DNA of 64,000 nucleotides from Anthoceros angustus (Eukaryota; Plantae; Anthocerotophyta): NCBI GenBank assembly GCA_010909165.1, contig VJWM01000025.1, positions 2,108,001 to 2,172,000 of the forward strand, read 5' to 3'. Shown piece by piece: positions 61,541 to 64,000 of this stretch (position 1 is its first letter; each line of letters starts with the position of its first letter). The notes under the pieces were generated by a model. It saw only the letters and a program-made list of their open reading frames with translations, ran no database searches and was not told where the DNA came from. The position numbers and the translations under genes were made by a program.

Positions 61541-62617
61541 GGTTTGAGTAAGCTGTGCAAGCTTGATGGCCCTGTGAGCTTGAGTTCGATGATGGCCCTG
61601 TTGAGTTCGCCCAGGTGTGGAGTTTCAGGCTGCAAGTGGTTCATCGCTGCATGGTGACAAGCAGTCTTAGGACGTGCTTTTTTTAAATGATCTTGTTGGC
61701 TAAGTTCTTTTTTCAACCATGGGCTATACGTCTATAGGTTTTGGAGGGTCTGGGAAAATTGAGCAAAAGGACACGGTACAAGGTGGAGGGCTGAGGAGGG
61801 TTTGGGTCATCACGCCGAGTCCAGACCTTAGGCCATGCTGTGCAGACCCTGCTGGCTTCAAGGTGTTGACTCATCGTTTCGATGTTATCACCTTGTTGCT
61901 GTAGCTGGTCACTGCACTGTTAACTCCTGAGCTTGCTAGTACGCGCGTTGGATTGAGTGTTAACTCTACAGCGTTGGACAGACCTCTAGTCATCCAGTTT
62001 TGCACCTGCAACAGGCTCTTTGTAACATGTTGGCTTTGTCAGACACTTTTATCATGTGAATGCATTAACCATTTTCAGGCAGGCTTCGTTATGGATCAAT
62101 TTTATGCGTCCGTCCTTTGAAGGTTGTCGTCTATAGTCCCTACCGAAGGTACGGAAGAAAGCCAGACATCTTGTGTTGGGTACTAGAAAGGAGGCATGTT
62201 GCTGCCGCAACGTTAGCCAGAAGGGCCGACGACTGAGTTGTGGGCAATCTCTTCCAAAAGTAAAATCTGCCGAAAACCAGGCTGCTCATTATTAACCATC
62301 CTCAGAGGTACGTAGAGCTGGCGTGTTTCCCCTCTCAAGGTAAACGTCAGGAATCACCACGTGCAAAACCGTCTGACAAGCTGCAGGGGAGGTAAAGGAG
62401 GAGGACTTTAGGCAACCAATTCGGCTCCGCTGCTTGGCCAATCCTCGGAATTCAACTCATGGGTTAAAGCTTCTGTCTTCCGTCTTCGTGCTGGACAAAA
62501 TGGATCAGCCCAAGCCCATATTCTTGTGCTGGCTGACAGCTAAAGGTCGACTGGCCGGTGCATGTTCTCCAGAACTGAATTCTTCTGAACGGCTGAACCG
62601 TCCATACTCCGTTCACA

Positions 62618-64000
62618 TCACATACGACCAGTATGTTCCTCCCTTTGTAATGTTGCAGACCCATTGGATCCGTGCTTCTCCGTTCGCATTGATCATGTTT
62701 CTTTTTATCACGGCGTGATCTGCCCTTGGACTTCCAGTCTTTTCCACCCTGTTTCTGAGGCTTGTCTACACGTGCAGAATTCTCCCTGGGGTGCAACGGA
62801 ACATAACTTTCTGGTGGCGGTGGTGGTGGTGGGTTAGGCCATGGAGTTCTTTGGGAGGGAACCACAACCTCCAAAGGCGGATCTATTACCCAACTGCAAA
62901 ACACAACCGAAGAGCTTAAATGTGTGTCTCAAGAAAAAACACCAGCAAGGACTCCCCAAAGCCCAAAAGCACTATCTATGTGTAGCACAGCATACTCAGA
63001 ACAAGAGAACTACAACAGGTCAGAGAACAGATACCGATGAGGATGCTTGCTGTCAGCTCGAGCTTCTGCGCGCAACCACCACACAAGAACACGGCTTCCA
63101 CAGTTTCCAAGAGGCTCAATCAGCTGCTCATCTCTTACAATACTTGTTGGAGAGTCAATGCCCATTGGCAGAAAACCAATCATCCCAATCCTTCAGCCGA
63201 CGCGGCTTTAAACTACTCTCCCAGAGGATCTCCGAATTGATGACAAACCCTGCCCACTCCAGACTCCTGCGCGCTGTGAACACATCCACAGGCTCTGTAT
63301 ATCCCACTGTAACAGACCCATGCGGATGGTCAACTGTATGCCACCCTACCAAATGACCAGAGCTGTTACAGACAGGGCCCTGAATCGGATAGAACTTTGA
63401 GCTAGCATCTACTGATGCAGCCTCTTCTAATTTTCTTGGCTCCTGCAGTATCCCAACTGAAACTGCTCCTAGCCATTTGACAGTTTGCACCTCTTCAAAG
63501 AACTCAAGGCTGTAAGAATTGCTTTCATCTGCAAACACCACAATGCCATGCAGCTTCTTTTGACGCACATATCTGCATAAACAAGGAAAAATCTGGTTCA
63601 CATCCTGGTTGACGCAACGGCAAAGCACTTGTAGCACCTAATACAATAAGCCAAGAGGGAGGAAAAGACGTGAATCTGACCTCAGTCCATCCAGCCTCAA
63701 CCTTGCTTCCACTTCAGCTTGCTCATCCCACGAACTTGGCAGGAGTACATCAGGTGTCAAGTGGACAAACTCCAAGTCTGATTTGGCTAACAGCTCCACA
63801 GTTTCTGTAGAAGCCTGGCCCCCGGCCTCAACAACAATCCAGGTCAACGGACCTGGGATATGAGAGAGTGTGGAACGAAGGCCTGTTAAATGGGCAGTCT
63901 GGAAAGTGCGAGAAAAAGTGGGGGTTATAGCAATGATTCTCCGCCTGTGTCTGCCTCCATATAAATGCATCTGCTCCTCTTGAACACGAAGAATCAAATT
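62618..64000 (-). CDS. IRX14: IRX14 copy 3 (5' end beyond the window)
   Basis: Near-identical to copy 1; open through IIAITPTFSRTFQTAHLTG...WIVVEAGG, where copy 1 is frameshifted. Confidence 0.75.

Larger units (their letters stand above)
48686..64000. repeat. ~3x tandem segmental repeat (period ~5.5 kb, then ~5.3 kb) of SWO1 3' half plus IRX14
   Basis: Marker ATGGGCTATACG at 50911, 56414 and 61719. Copies are near-identical except for homopolymer indels and a few short insertions/deletions. Confidence 0.95.

Overview
Gene-dense nuclear DNA of a seed-free land plant. Introns are mostly 80-140 nt, GC is about 50%, and intergenic gaps are very short; a hornwort-like bryophyte is my inference, not a determination. 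Left to right: an orphan membrane-protein gene candidate; THADA/TRM732; an ~12 kb nested transposon block (three decayed Ty1/copia elements plus a 2.2 kb TIR element inserted into a copia gag); a tight housekeeping run (ABCF1, ZNF830-like, DUF3727, RRP41, TFIIIC subunit 6, NDUFA1/MWFE, ELM1, a PLS-E+ PPR); a decayed CRE-like non-LTR retroelement; RPS26; the Agenet protein SWO1/G2484-1; and IRX14. From ~48.7 kb to the end, a 5.3-5.5 kb unit (3' half of SWO1 plus IRX14) occurs about three times. Its copies carry complementary homopolymer frameshifts and mosaic junctions, which looks like a long-read assembly artefact, although a real duplication is not excluded. The most novel signal is the 2.2 kb TIR element (32-bp TIRs, TTCA target duplication). 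It carries three tandem, gap-free copies of the 5S rRNA internal control region (Pol III type-1 promoter) beside an array of 20-bp palindromes. A related 5S-ICR-like unit at 40.4 kb and an orphan related terminus at 22.8 kb suggest a dispersed family.
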